A DNA stretch of 64,000 nt from an uncultured Thermoleophilaceae bacterium (GCA_963734025.1 CAVTFR010000012.1:1924-65923), one strand, 5' to 3'; positions 25,978-35,327 are shown, counted from the stretch's first letter. Translations and numbers: made by a program. Notes: generated by a model not told the origin, from the sequence alone.

Positions 25978-26864
25978 TCATGTGAGGGAGATTTCCAAGG
26001 TACTGGGCTGGCTCAGCCTTTCGAACTCAGACGGTGGGAGGTCGTCGAGCGCCTGGTGGAGGCGGGTGTCGTTGAACCAGCCGATGTACTCGACGACGGC
26101 GAGCTCGAGCTGGGCGCGTGAGCGCCAGACGCGATCGCAGATCAGCTCGGTCTTGAAGCTGTCGACGAAGCTCTCTGCGAGCGCGTTGTCGTAGGCGTCG
26201 CCGACCGACCCGACCGAGGCGAGCACACCGTGATCGGCCAGGGTCTGGGTGTAATCGATCGACGTGTATTGACTGCCGCGATCGCTGTGATGCACCAAGG
26301 CGACGTCGGCGCCGGGCCCGCGCTGCCAGAGCGCCATCCGCAGTGCGTCGAGGACCAAGGTGGTGCGCATGTGGGCGGCGAGCTGCCAGCCCACCACCTT
26401 GCGGCTGTAGGCGTCGAGCACGAACGCGAAGAACACCAGCCCCTCCCAGCAACGCAGATAGGACAAGTCGGCGACCCAAAGCAGGTTCGGCCCGCCGGCG
26501 GTGAAGTTGCGCTCGACAAGGTCGGGCCGGCGCGACGCCTCGGGATTGGACCGGGTGCTGCGCCACGGCTTGCCCCTGCGCTTGGCGCCCTGGATGCCGT
26601 GGGTTCGCATCAGCCGCTTGACCCGGTCGCGACCGACCTGCACGCCCTCCCGCCGAAGCGCTTTCCAGCTGCGCCGGTAGCCGTAGGCGTGATAGTTGGC
26701 CGCCTGCAGCCGCTCGATCCTTCGAGCAGCCGCTCGTCCTCGACCCGACGCGCCGAGCGCGCGCCGGTCTTGCGCTGGTAGTAGGCGGACGCCGACACGC
26801 CCAAGGTCCGGCAGATCGGCTCAACCCCGAAACGGCCGCGGTGCTCATCGATATACGCGGTCAC
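25978..26864 (-). pseudogene. IS3-family transposase OrfB with an extra (non-programmed) frameshift
   Basis: ORF 26610..26864 (TAYIDEHRGRFGVEPICRTLGVSASAYYQRK...VEDERLLE) must shift by 1 nt near 26715. It then joins ORF 25978..26643 and its upstream open frame (RIERLQAANYHAYGYRRSWKALRREGVQVGRDRV...WVADLSY...HSDRGSQY...YDNALAESF). Confidence 0.75.
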
Positions 26865-27163
26865 TTCGGACGGTCTGGGTCGAGCTCGCGCGCGAAAAAC
26901 AACGACGCCGACTTCAAGATCTCGTTCGCGCGGCGCAGCTCATAGTTCTCCTTGCGCAGCCGCCGGATCTCCTCGCGCTCCTGACTGGCCAACAGATCCG
27001 GACGCTTGCCACTGTCGGCCTCGAACTGGCGCACCCTCTTGCGCAACGTCTCGGGGTGCATGCCGAGATCAGCAGCGATGTGAGCGATCGGCCGCTCCGA
27101 CTCCATCGCCAACCTAATCCCGCGCTGAATCAGCTCATCGGGATACTTCTTCGGACGTGCCAT
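26861..27163 (-). CDS. IS3-family transposase OrfA
   Basis: Inside ORF 26861..27220, ATG at 27163 (MARPKKYPDELIQRGIRLAMESERPIAHIAADLGMHPETLRKRV...ELRRANEILKSASLFFARE). A T5 run (AAAAA on the plus strand, 26895-26899) near the end is a candidate slippery site. Confidence 0.8.
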   Translation of the reverse strand: MARPKKYPDELIQRGIRLAMESERPIAHIAADLGMHPETLRKRVRQFEADSGKRPDLLASQEREEIRRLRKENYELRRANEILKSASLFFARELDPDRPK

Positions 27164-27772
27164 AGCCGCGGAGCGTCTCCTCTCCCGAGGACAGAATCCT
27201 CGAAACGAGATCTCCGTCAAACCCAGCCTGGCTCAGGCAGGTAAGGCAGACAGGGTTGGGTGCAAGGCAAGGCAATGAGCTGGGTTGTGGAGCTGTTGGG
27301 ACGGTGTGGGGGGAAGAGTTGGATGTGTGCGGTTCGGTAGGCGGGGTCGGGTGGCGTGAGCGGGGCGGGTTAGGCGGATAGCGGTGATGTAGCCCGGGTT
27401 GCGTTTGGTGGGCGGGGACTGTTGCGCCGTCAGGGGGCCATCTTTGCGTTTGCGCCCTCTCTCATACAGAACCATGTTCTTGACGTCCGCCAGCTCCAGC
27501 GCCTGCTCTGGCTCGGTGCCGCACCCGGCGCGCTGTACCCCTTGGCCCGGTGCCGCGACACGGAGCTGCGCCGGCGTCACGGTCGCGCGGCCGGCGCACC
27601 GCCGGCGTGGGCAGCGCCTACCGCCCGCCGCAACTCGGGGGGCCAAAACGACGCCCAGGCCGTCCTCACAAGTAGAAGCCATGCAACCGCCCGCCGCCCA
27701 GCCGGCCCATCCCAAGCCTCCCTCGCTCGCAGGTACCACCGCCCGTGCGCAGCGCCCGGGTCTCGGCGCGAC

Positions 27773-28102
27773 ATGAGCGATCGCCGATACGAACAGCCGG
27801 TGGCGGACCTGGCCTCAGTCGTCGCCATTCCCGGGCAAATCAGCCTGCCGGTTGACGCCCGCGCGCCCACACCAAGAAGCCCGAGTCGATCCGAAGGTTC
27901 GACGCGCGCGTCGGGTACGCCTCGTCTTGCCGTCACTCGAGCCGAGGCGGCTCGTGCGCTCGGGATGTCGGTCAACTCCTTCGAGCGCCACGTACAGCCG
28001 GAGCTCCGAATCGTGAGGCGAGGCAAGCTGCGCCTGATACCCGTTCGTGAGATTGAGCGTTGGCTCGAGGTCAACGCAGAGTCGACGGTAGAGCGCCTTT
28101 GA
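27773..28102 (+). CDS. excisionase-like helix-turn-helix DNA-binding protein
   Basis: Inside ORF 27422..28102, ATG at 27773. The C-terminal LAVTRAEAARALGMSVNSFERHVQPELRIVRRGKLRLIPVREIERWL resembles the Xis/MerR-type HTH. It sits directly upstream of the integrase. Confidence 0.55.
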   Translation: MSDRRYEQPVADLASVVAIPGQISLPVDARAPTPRSPSRSEGSTRASGTPRLAVTRAEAARALGMSVNSFERHVQPELRIVRRGKLRLIPVREIERWLEVNAESTVERL

Positions 28103-28150
28103 CGACGCGATTACGCTCCCGGCGACTCAGGACCACAAAGGAGAGCACTC

Positions 28151-29313
28151 ATGTCGAAGCGCCTCCCAGAGGGCATCTCCCTCCGTCACGCGCGCTCGTG
28201 TCCGAGCCGGTCGGGTGACCGCTGTCGCTGCACGCCTCGCTACCAAGCTCAGGCTTGGAGCCCGCGCGATCGCAAGCGCCTCACTCGCACCTTCCCGACG
28301 CTTGCGGCGGCCAGGAGCTGGCGCTACGACGCGCTCGTCGGCCTCCGACGCGGCACCCTGCGTGCCGCCGGCGGTGTCACCCTCAACCAGGCTGCCGACG
28401 AGTGGCTCAGCGCCGCGCAGGCGGGTCTCGCGCGCAACCGATCAGGCGATCCCTACAAGCCGTCCGCCCTGCGCGGCTACGAGCAGTCGCTGCGTGCCCG
28501 GCTCCTCCCCGCGCTCGGCGGCGCAAAGCTCAGCGACATCCGCCGCTCGGACGTTCAGCGGCTCGTCAATCGGATGATGAGCGACGGCCTTGGCGCGAGC
28601 ACTGTCCGCAACTCGTTGATGCCGCTGCGAGCGATCTACCGGCAGGCGCTCGCGCTCGACGAGGTTGCCGTCAACCCGACAAGCGGCGTCCAGCTCCCCG
28701 CCGTCCGCGGCAAGCGGGAGCGGATCGCTTCACCGACCGAGGCCGAGCAGCTCATCGCCGCCCTCCAGCCGCGTGACCGCGCTCTGTGGGCCACCGCCAT
28801 GTACGCCGGCCTGCGCTCGGGCGAATTGCAGGCGCTCACGGACGAGCTCGTCGACCTCGATGCCAACCTGATCCGGGTCCACTGGAGCTGGGACCCCAAG
28901 GAGGGACGCGTGGCGCCCAAGAGCCGCTCCGGGCGTCGCACAGTCCCGGTGCCGGCCGCCCTCCGCAAGCACCTGCTCGAGCACCGGCTCGCCCGCGGGC
29001 GCCGCGGCGGCCTCTTCTTCAGCCGGCCCGACGGCCGGCCGTTCTCGAACCAGGCACTCAGCCAGCGAGCAGCGAGGACCTGGCGAGCGGCCGATCTTCG
29101 AGCCGATCGGCCTCCACGAATGCCGCCACACCTTCGCCTCACTGATGATCGCCGCAGGCGTCAACGCCAAGGCCCTCTCGACCTTCCTCGGTCACGCCTC
29201 CGTGACCATCACGCTCGACCGCTACGGGCACCTCTTTCCCGGGCTCCGAGCAGGAGGCCGCGGGACTCCTCGACGGCTATCTCGAACGCTCGGTCAGAGG
29301 GGTCGAGCAATGA
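28151..29313 (+). pseudogene. tyrosine recombinase / phage-type integrase with two frameshifts
   Basis: ORF 28151.. encodes the N-terminal SAM-like domain and half the catalytic domain (ALWATAMYAGLRSGELQAL...SRSGRRTVPVP). After AARTWRAA a shift near 29095 is needed to read EPIGLHECRHTFASLMIAAGVNAKALSTFLGHASVTITLDRYGHLFPG (ORF 29145..). A second shift near 29245 gives SEQEAAGLLDGYLERSVRGVEQ and the stop at 29311-29313. Confidence 0.8.
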
Positions 29314-29317
29314 GGGT

Positions 29318-29347
29318 GCGCTGCACGTGCGCTGCACTGCGCTGCAC
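29318..29347. repeat. three direct copies of GCGCTGCAC (spacers of 2 and 1 nt)
   Basis: The copies are at 29318-29326, 29329-29337 and 29339-29347. They lie directly after the integrase stop, between int and the tRNA, and could be arm-type recombinase or Xis binding sites. Confidence 0.6.
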
Positions 29348-29441
29348 AAAACGGGCCCTTTCTGGGGTCGAGAGGGGCCGCCTGGGGCCGAGCGACGCCA
29401 CCCAAACGGCCCGCAAACTTCCTGCAAATCAAGCACTTCTA

Positions 29442-29530
29442 CGGAGGGGGAGGGATTCGAACCCTCGGTGGACCGTAAGGCCCACAACGGTTTTCGAGAC
29501 CGCCCCGTTCAACCGCTCCGGCACCCCTCC
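29442..29530 (-). tRNA. tRNA-Ser (anticodon CGA)
   Basis: The minus strand reads GGAGGGG-TG-CCGGAGCGGTTGAACGG..., with the anticodon stem-loop CGGTC-TCGAAAA-CCGTT (CGA centred). It has a long variable arm GTGGGCCTTACGGTCCAC, a T arm GAGGG-TTCGAAT-CCCTC, and acceptor 3' strand CCCCTCC plus discriminator G. CCA is not encoded. Confidence 0.9.
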
Positions 29531-29603
29531 GGGGCGTCAATCGTAGAGGGCGCGCGCGGCCCGGCGGCGCTCAGCTGCCCGGGTAAACGCGGACGCGCCG
29601 CCA

Positions 29604-30098
29604 CTAGCGCAGGATCTCGATCAGCAGCACCCAGGCGTTCGCCACGGCGCCGCTGATTGCGAGCACGAGGCCCGCCGCGATCCAGTAGAGCCCGCCGCCG
29701 GCCTCGGCGAGCAGGCTCACGGAGCCCACCAGCAGCGGGACGGTGCCGAGCGCGACCATGAGCCAGTGACTAAGGAGGTGCGAGAGGCTGCGGTCGTAGG
29801 CGGCCCGGCCGGGGCTCGTGAGCCAGAAGATGAGTCCGCCGAGCAGCAGCGAGACGCCGAGCAGCTCGAGGGCCAGCGCCGTCGTCGTCTGTCCCGGCAG
29901 CAGGCCTATCAGCGAGACGAGCACCACGCTCAGGAGCAGCAGGACCGTCGCGAGCGCGCGCTCGGGCAGCCCCTTGAACTGCAGGATCCGCTCGACGTTG
30001 ATCGAGACCGCCACGAACACGAGCCCGGCAAGCGCGGCCGACGCGCCGGCGCCGGCCACGAAGAAGTCGGTCCACTCGCTTGCTTCGTAGGCGGTCAC
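29604..30098 (-). CDS. hypothetical integral membrane protein (about 5 TM segments)
   Basis: C-terminal part of ORF 29604..30704, GTG at 30098 (VTAYEASEWTDFFVAGAGASAALAGLVFVAV...). The upstream part of that ORF is Arg/Gly-rich nonsense that overlaps the GGDEF-EAL gene. Confidence 0.5.
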   Translation of the reverse strand: MTAYEASEWTDFFVAGAGASAALAGLVFVAVSINVERILQFKGLPERALATVLLLLSVVLVSLIGLLPGQTTTALALELLGVSLLLGGLIFWLTSPGRAAYDRSLSHLLSHWLMVALGTVPLLVGSVSLLAEAGGGLYWIAAGLVLAISGAVANAWVLLIEILR

Positions 30099-30133
30099 GG
30101 GTCCGCGGCTGACCCTAACCCCCCGAGCCTCCG

Positions 30134-31855
30134 TCAGAGCGGTAGCCCCGCCTCGAGCAGCTCGTCGAGCTCCTCGGGCGGCAGCGGCCGCGCGAACAGG
30201 AAGCCCTGGCCGATCGGGCACGCCAGCTCGCGGAGCGAGGAGGCCTGTTGCTCCGTCTCGATCCCCTCGGCCACGACGTCCATGCTGAGCGCCCGGCCGA
30301 GCGCCAGCGCTGCGGCCACGAGCGCCGTGTCGGATGACTCGGGCGCGATGCCCTGCACGAAGGAGCGGTCGATCTTCAGGATGTCCGCCGGCATCTTGCG
30401 CAGGTGGTCGAGCGACGAGTAGCCCGTGCCGAAGTCGTCGATCGCCACCCGCACGCCGGCCATGCTGAGGTCGGTCAGGGCGCGGAAGCCAGAGGTTCGG
30501 TCGGCGATCGCGGTGCTCTCCGTGACCTCGATGCAGAGCGAGGCGGCGTCTATGCCGGCGTTGCGCACCGCGCCGAGGACGGTGGCGACGATGTCCGGAT
30601 GGGTCAGCTCGCGAGCGCCCAGGTTCACGGACAGCTGCAAGTCCTTGGAGACGCCGCGGCGCTGCCACTCGCTGAGGCGTCGGCACGCCTCGCGCACGAC
30701 CCATGCACCGATGTCGACGATCAACCCGCTCTCCTCGGCCACCGGCAGGAACGCCGCCGGCGGGAGCAGGCCGCGCTCCGGGTGCTCCCAGCGCAGCAAT
30801 GCCTCGGCGCCGGTCAGGCGCCCGCTCATGAGGTCGACCTGGGGCTGGTAGAAGAGCCGCAGCTCGCCGCGCTCGAGCCCGCGCTGGAGCTCTTGCTCGA
30901 CGGTCATCGCCTCCACCGCGCTCTCGCGCATCGCCGCGTCGAACAGCTCCGCGCGTGCCCCGCCGCGCTCCTTCGCGCGATACATCGCGGCATCGGCGTC
31001 CTCGATCAGGCGCTCGCCCATGGCCCGCTCGCCCGCCTCGGCGAGCGCGAAGCCGATGCTGGCGCTGAGGCGCAGCTCGGCCCCGCCTGCGGTGATCGGC
31101 TCCGAGATCGGGCGCTGCAGCCGGTCCGCCACGCTGACGGCCTCGAACACGCCGCCGACCGACTCGCAGAGAATCGTGAACTCGTCCCCGCCGAAGCGGG
31201 CAACCGTGTCCTCGGGGCGAAGCGCGCTCTGCAGCCGGCGCGCGACCTCACGCAGCACCTCGTCGCCGGCGGCGTGGCCGAGGCTGTCGTTGATGCGCTT
31301 GAAGCGGTCGAGGTCGACGAAGTAGACGGCGGTGACACTCGTCTTGGCGCGCCTCTCGAGCGAGTGGCTGAGGCGGTCGGTGAAGAGGGCGCGGTTGGGG
31401 AGCCCGGTTAGCGGGTCATAGAGAGCGAGCCGCTCGAGCTCGGACTCCATTCGCTTGCGGTCGCTCACGTCGAGGAAGACGCCATAGAAGAGCGGGTCGA
31501 GCTGATCGCCCGGGCCGCGCACCACCGTCATCTCGTCGCGGATCCAGATCCAGCGATCGTCGGCCGTCCGGAGGCGGTACTCCTGGACGAGTGTCTCGCC
31601 GGAGCGTGCGCACTCCGCCTCGGCGGTCGTCACCCGGACGAAGTCGTCCGGGTGCACGCTCTTGTCCCACATCGTCTGGTCCGCCATCCACTCCTCGCGC
31701 GTGTAACCGAGCACCCGCTCGACCGACGGGCTCACGTATAGACAGCTTCCGTGCAGCCCCGGCTCGTAGATGTAGGCGACGGACGGCAGCCCTTCGGGTA
31801 GGGGGCGGTAGCGATCTTCGATCTCGCGCAGCACGCGCTCCCGATCAGGCGCCAT
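30134..31855 (-). CDS. PAS-GGDEF-EAL signalling protein
   Basis: ORF 30134..31855. It has a PAS-like N-terminus, then DPLTGLPNR...RFGGDEFTIL (GGDEF), then LFYQPQVDL...EALLRWEHPERGL...ELTES...IAIDDFGTGYSSL (EAL). Confidence 0.9.
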   Translation of the reverse strand: MAPDRERVLREIEDRYRPLPEGLPSVAYIYEPGLHGSCLYVSPSVERVLGYTREEWMADQTMWDKSVHPDDFVRVTTAEAECARSGETLVQEYRLRTADDRWIWIRDEMTVVRGPGDQLDPLFYGVFLDVSDRKRMESELERLALYDPLTGLPNRALFTDRLSHSLERRAKTSVTAVYFVDLDRFKRINDSLGHAAGDEVLREVARRLQSALRPEDTVARFGGDEFTILCESVGGVFEAVSVADRLQRPISEPITAGGAELRLSASIGFALAEAGERAMGERLIEDADAAMYRAKERGGARAELFDAAMRESAVEAMTVEQELQRGLERGELRLFYQPQVDLMSGRLTGAEALLRWEHPERGLLPPAAFLPVAEESGLIVDIGAWVVREACRRLSEWQRRGVSKDLQLSVNLGARELTHPDIVATVLGAVRNAGIDAASLCIEVTESTAIADRTSGFRALTDLSMAGVRVAIDDFGTGYSSLDHLRKMPADILKIDRSFVQGIAPESSDTALVAAALALGRALSMDVVAEGIETEQQASSLRELACPIGQGFLFARPLPPEELDELLEAGLPL

Positions 31856-31887
31856 CCGGACCTATATCGGCAGCAAATCGCGCGCTG

Positions 31888-32346
31888 TTAGCGCCGCGAC
31901 GCAAAGAACGCGCGCAACAGGCCCGCGGACTCATCGGCGAGCAGTCCCCCGGCGGCCTCCGGCCGGTGGTTGAGACGGGGCTCGGCGAGCACGTTCATGA
32001 CGCTTCCGGCAGCCCCGGCCTTGGGGTCGTCGGCTGCCCACACCACCCGCGGCACCCGCGCCAGCACGATGGCGCCCGCGCACATCGCGCACGGCTCGAG
32101 CGTCACGTACAGCACCGTGTCGAGCAGGCGCCAGCCCGACAGCGCGGTCGAGGCCTCGCGCAGGGCCAGGATCTCGGCGTGCGCGGTCGGGTCGCCGCGC
32201 AGCTCGCGCTCGTTGCGGGCCGCGGCGATCACCTCGCCCCCGCGCACGACGACGGCGCCGATCGGCACGTCGTCGTTCTCGAGCGCGCGTTCTGCCTCGC
32301 GCAGGGCGAGCCGCATGTAGTACTCGTCGCGCGGGAAGAAGCTCAC
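31888..32346 (-). CDS. tadA: tRNA adenosine(34) deaminase
   Basis: ORF 31888..32346. It has the HAEILALREA and TLEPCAMCAGAI zinc-binding motifs. Its GTG start overlaps the stop of the upstream SDR gene (GTGA). Confidence 0.9.
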   Translation of the reverse strand: MSFFPRDEYYMRLALREAERALENDDVPIGAVVVRGGEVIAAARNERELRGDPTAHAEILALREASTALSGWRLLDTVLYVTLEPCAMCAGAIVLARVPRVVWAADDPKAGAAGSVMNVLAEPRLNHRPEAAGGLLADESAGLLRAFFASRR

Positions 32347-33449
32347 GGCGCCACGAGCCTCCGGCCGACCCGCCGCTCGGCGGCGCGCAGCGGCTCGAGC
32401 AGCCCGGCCCGTCCCGCCAGCCTGACGCCGAGCGCCGCGAGCGAGAGCGGCGACGGGGACCCGTCCGCGAGCCGGCCGCTGTCGATCAGCTCGAGGTACC
32501 AGTCGATCGTGTCCGCAAGCGTGCGATCGAGCGGGCGCGGCCGGTAGCCGAGCTCGCCGCGCGCCTTGCGTGACGAGTAGCGCCAGCCGGCGCCCATCAG
32601 CACGAAGCCCTCGGCTCGGACCAGCAGCGGCAGCCCAAGCTCCTCGAGGGCGCGCGCGACGTCGCCCGCCTCGGGCGGCAGCACCACGACCGGATGGCGG
32701 ACCCCGGACAGCTCAGCCACGCGCTCGAGCAGGTCGACCCAGCTGAGGTCGTGCCCGCCGAGCACGTAGCGTTCGCCAGGCTTGCCACGCTCGGCTGCCA
32801 GCACGTGCCCCTTCGCGACGTCGCGGACATCCACGACGTTCGTCTCGCCGTCGACGATCGCCGGCAGCCGACCGCGCAGGTAGTTGCCGATCATCCGCGT
32901 GGACGTCTCGCCGGGCGTGTCCCTGTCGAGCGCCGGCCCGAACACGTAGGACGGATTGACGATCACGACCTCGATCCCGTGACGGGCACCCGCGGCGAGC
33001 GCCTCCGACTCGCCCTCGTGCTTGGCGTCCGGGTAGGTGAGCCCGAGACCGCCGCCGCGATAGACGTCGTCCTCCGTGCCGGGCCGGCCGGGAGCGCCCG
33101 GGCCGATGCCGGCCACGCTCGAGGTGACGACGACGCGCCGGACCTTCTCGGCGGCCGCCGCCTCGACGACGATGCGCGGCGCCAGGGCGTTCATCCTCCA
33201 GACGAGCTCGGCCGGGCGCGCCGCCACCAGGCCGGCGCAGTGGATGACCGTGGTGCAGCCGCGGAAGGCCCGGCGCAGCGCCGCGCGGTCCAGCACATCG
33301 GCCCGCACCAGCTCCGCCTTGGTCCCGGCCAGCCGCGCGAGCCGGCCCTCGTCGCGGTAGGTCACCCGCACCGGCCCAATCCGCTCGGACGCAAGTTTTG
33401 CGACGTGCGCACCGATGTACCCAGTGGCGCCCGTGATGCAGACGCTCAC
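32343..33449 (-). CDS. NAD-dependent epimerase/dehydratase family (extended SDR) protein
   Basis: Inside ORF 32343..33509, GTG at 33449. It has the ITGATGYIGAHV Rossmann motif and YPDAKHEGE (YxxxK). Confidence 0.8.
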   Translation of the reverse strand: MSVCITGATGYIGAHVAKLASERIGPVRVTYRDEGRLARLAGTKAELVRADVLDRAALRRAFRGCTTVIHCAGLVAARPAELVWRMNALAPRIVVEAAAAEKVRRVVVTSSVAGIGPGAPGRPGTEDDVYRGGGLGLTYPDAKHEGESEALAAGARHGIEVVIVNPSYVFGPALDRDTPGETSTRMIGNYLRGRLPAIVDGETNVVDVRDVAKGHVLAAERGKPGERYVLGGHDLSWVDLLERVAELSGVRHPVVVLPPEAGDVARALEELGLPLLVRAEGFVLMGAGWRYSSRKARGELGYRPRPLDRTLADTIDWYLELIDSGRLADGSPSPLSLAALGVRLAGRAGLLEPLRAAERRVGRRLVAP

Positions 33450-33508
33450 AACTTCCTTCTCCGGCGGTTGTTTGTGTCTCCATACACTGCGACGCGCACC
33501 GTAGACCA

Positions 33509-34810
33509 ATGCCGACCCGCCTCCTCGTCACCGCACTCGCCCTGGGCGCCCTTGCTCTTCCCGCATCCGCGGCGGCGAGCGGCTACGTCCCCGGTGAGGT
33601 GATCGTCCGTTACGAGGACGGTGCTACGGCGGGCGTCGCGGCGGCGGCCCAGGACGACACGGGCACGGCCATCGAGCAGACGCTCCCCGGCGGGTCCGAG
33701 CAGCTCGCGATCGAGGATGGCGAGTCGGTGCGTGAGACGATCGCCGAGCTCGAGAACGATCCGAACGTCGAGTACGCGGTGCCCAACTGGAGGGCGCACG
33801 CTGCCCAGCTGCCGACCGACGACCCTGGCGCGCGGCGCCAGTGGAACCTGTTCCAGCCCTGGGGCATCAACGTGACGGAGGCGTGGACGCTGGCGGCGCA
33901 ACTCGGGGCGCCGGGGGGCCGCGGAGCGGTCGTCGCCGTGCTCGACAGCGGCGTGGCCTATGAGAGCCGCGGGCGCTTCAGGCGCGCCCCCGATCTCCGC
34001 CATTCGACCTTCACGAGGCCGTTCGACTTCATCGACAACGACCGTCACCCGAACGACTCGTTCGGCCACGGGACCCATGTGGCGGGCACGATCGCGCAGA
34101 CGACCGGCAACGGCCTGGCCACCTCCGGGATCGCCTTCAACGCGAAGATCATGCCGCTGCGGGTGCTCGACGACCAGGGCTCCGGCGACTCGGCTGCGAT
34201 CTCGCGCGCCATCCGCTGGGCCGCTCGCTACGGCGCCGACGTGATCAACCTCTCGCTCGAGTTCCCTGCGGAGGTGCGGGCCGCCGAGATCCCCGACGTG
34301 ATCGGCGCGCTGCGCTACGCCCGCCGCCACGGCAGCCTCGTGGTCGGCGCCGCCGGCAATCAGGCCGACTTCACGGTCGCGTACCCCGCGCGCGCCACGT
34401 CCGTGCTGGCCGTGGGCGCGACCACCATCACGGGCTGCCAGGCGGACTACTCGAACTCGGGCCGTGACCTCGACGTCGTCGCCCCGGGCGGCGGCGCCGA
34501 CGCCCCCAACAGCGACAGCGTCTGGGACAGCCAGCACTGCAACCCCGACGGGTTCGGGAAGCCGATCTTCCAGCAGACCTTCGTGTCGAGGGGCCTGCGC
34601 CGCTTCGGCCTGCCGGGCGGCTACGAGGGCACCTCGATGGCTGCCCCACACGTGTCGGCGATCGCGGCGCTCATCGTCGCGACGAAGCGACTGGGAGCGA
34701 ACCCGTCACCGGAGGCAGTGGAGGCACACATCGAGGCGACCGCCCGGCCGACGGACCGCCCGGACCGCTACGGCGCGGGACTGGTCGACGCCGGGGCCGC
34801 CCTGCGCTAG
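33509..34810 (+). CDS. secreted S8 (subtilisin-family) serine peptidase
   Basis: ORF 33509..34810. It has a signal peptide and an I9-like propeptide. The catalytic residues are in VAVLDSGV (Asp), HGTHVAGTI (His) and GTSMAAPHVSA (Ser). Confidence 0.85.
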   Translation: MPTRLLVTALALGALALPASAAASGYVPGEVIVRYEDGATAGVAAAAQDDTGTAIEQTLPGGSEQLAIEDGESVRETIAELENDPNVEYAVPNWRAHAAQLPTDDPGARRQWNLFQPWGINVTEAWTLAAQLGAPGGRGAVVAVLDSGVAYESRGRFRRAPDLRHSTFTRPFDFIDNDRHPNDSFGHGTHVAGTIAQTTGNGLATSGIAFNAKIMPLRVLDDQGSGDSAAISRAIRWAARYGADVINLSLEFPAEVRAAEIPDVIGALRYARRHGSLVVGAAGNQADFTVAYPARATSVLAVGATTITGCQADYSNSGRDLDVVAPGGGADAPNSDSVWDSQHCNPDGFGKPIFQQTFVSRGLRRFGLPGGYEGTSMAAPHVSAIAALIVATKRLGANPSPEAVEAHIEATARPTDRPDRYGAGLVDAGAALR

Positions 34811-34838
34811 CCCCCTGGACCGGCCAGTTCGCCCGGGT

Positions 34839-34858
34839 CCGGGGGCGCGAGCCCCCGG
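34839..34858. terminator. GC-rich hairpin between convergent genes (CCGGGGGC-GCGA-GCCCCCGG)
   Basis: An 8-bp perfect stem with a 4-nt loop lies between the S8 peptidase stop (34810) and the USP stop (34869). There is no T-tract, so it is a stem-loop candidate only. Confidence 0.45.
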
Positions 34859-34868
34859 CTGACATCAC

Positions 34869-35327
34869 CTACGTCGTCCGGATGATCATCACGCTGCAGG
34901 GAGCGTGATGGGAGACCTTGTTCGGGACGCTGCCGAGCAGGAAGCGCTTGGCGCCCGTCATCCCCTTGTTGCCGACCACGATCAGGTCGGCGTCCTGCTC
35001 CTCGGCCACGTCGAGGATGGCGTCGGCGGGGTCGCCCTCGCGGGCATGGGTCTCGACATCGATGCCGGCCGCGCGCAGGACCTCGGCCGCGCCCTCGAGG
35101 GTCTGGCTCACGTCCTCGCGCGGGTTGACCATCCACTGGAGGTCGCCCGGCACCTGCTGGCGCTCCTCGCGCAGGCGTCCCTCGGAAACCGGCTCGTACG
35201 CGCTGACCAGATACACCTTGGATCCGAGCTTGGCCGCCAGCTCGGTCGCCTGGCGAACGGCTTCGCCGGCCGTCTCCGACCCGTCAGTTCCCACCACTAT
35301 CGAACCGAACAAAGGTCCTCCTCGCAC
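34869..35327 (-). CDS. universal stress protein (UspA family)
   Basis: ORF 34869..35327 (IVVGTDGSETAGEA...DLIVVGNKGMTGAKRFLLGSVPNKVSHHAPCSVMII). Confidence 0.85.
   Translation of the reverse strand: MRGGPLFGSIVVGTDGSETAGEAVRQATELAAKLGSKVYLVSAYEPVSEGRLREERQQVPGDLQWMVNPREDVSQTLEGAAEVLRAAGIDVETHAREGDPADAILDVAEEQDADLIVVGNKGMTGAKRFLLGSVPNKVSHHAPCSVMIIRTT

Larger units (their letters stand above)
25930..27235 (-). mobile_element. IS3-family insertion sequence (copy 2, different subgroup, transposase disrupted)
   Basis: The terminal inverted repeats are TGAGCCGGGCTGGGTTTCGCGGAGA at 25930 and the reverse complement of 27235, TGAGCCAGGCTGGGTTTGACGGAGA. It lies tail-to-tail with copy 1, 41 bp away. 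No target-site duplication was seen. Confidence 0.85.

Noticed and set aside
27233-27739. ORF 27233..27739(-) and ORF 27399..27776(+), between IS3 copy 2 and the xis-like gene.
   Set aside because: The sequences are low-complexity Pro/Thr- or Arg/Ala-rich with no start-site signals. They are better explained by the compositionally skewed non-coding or degraded DNA reported as a finding.
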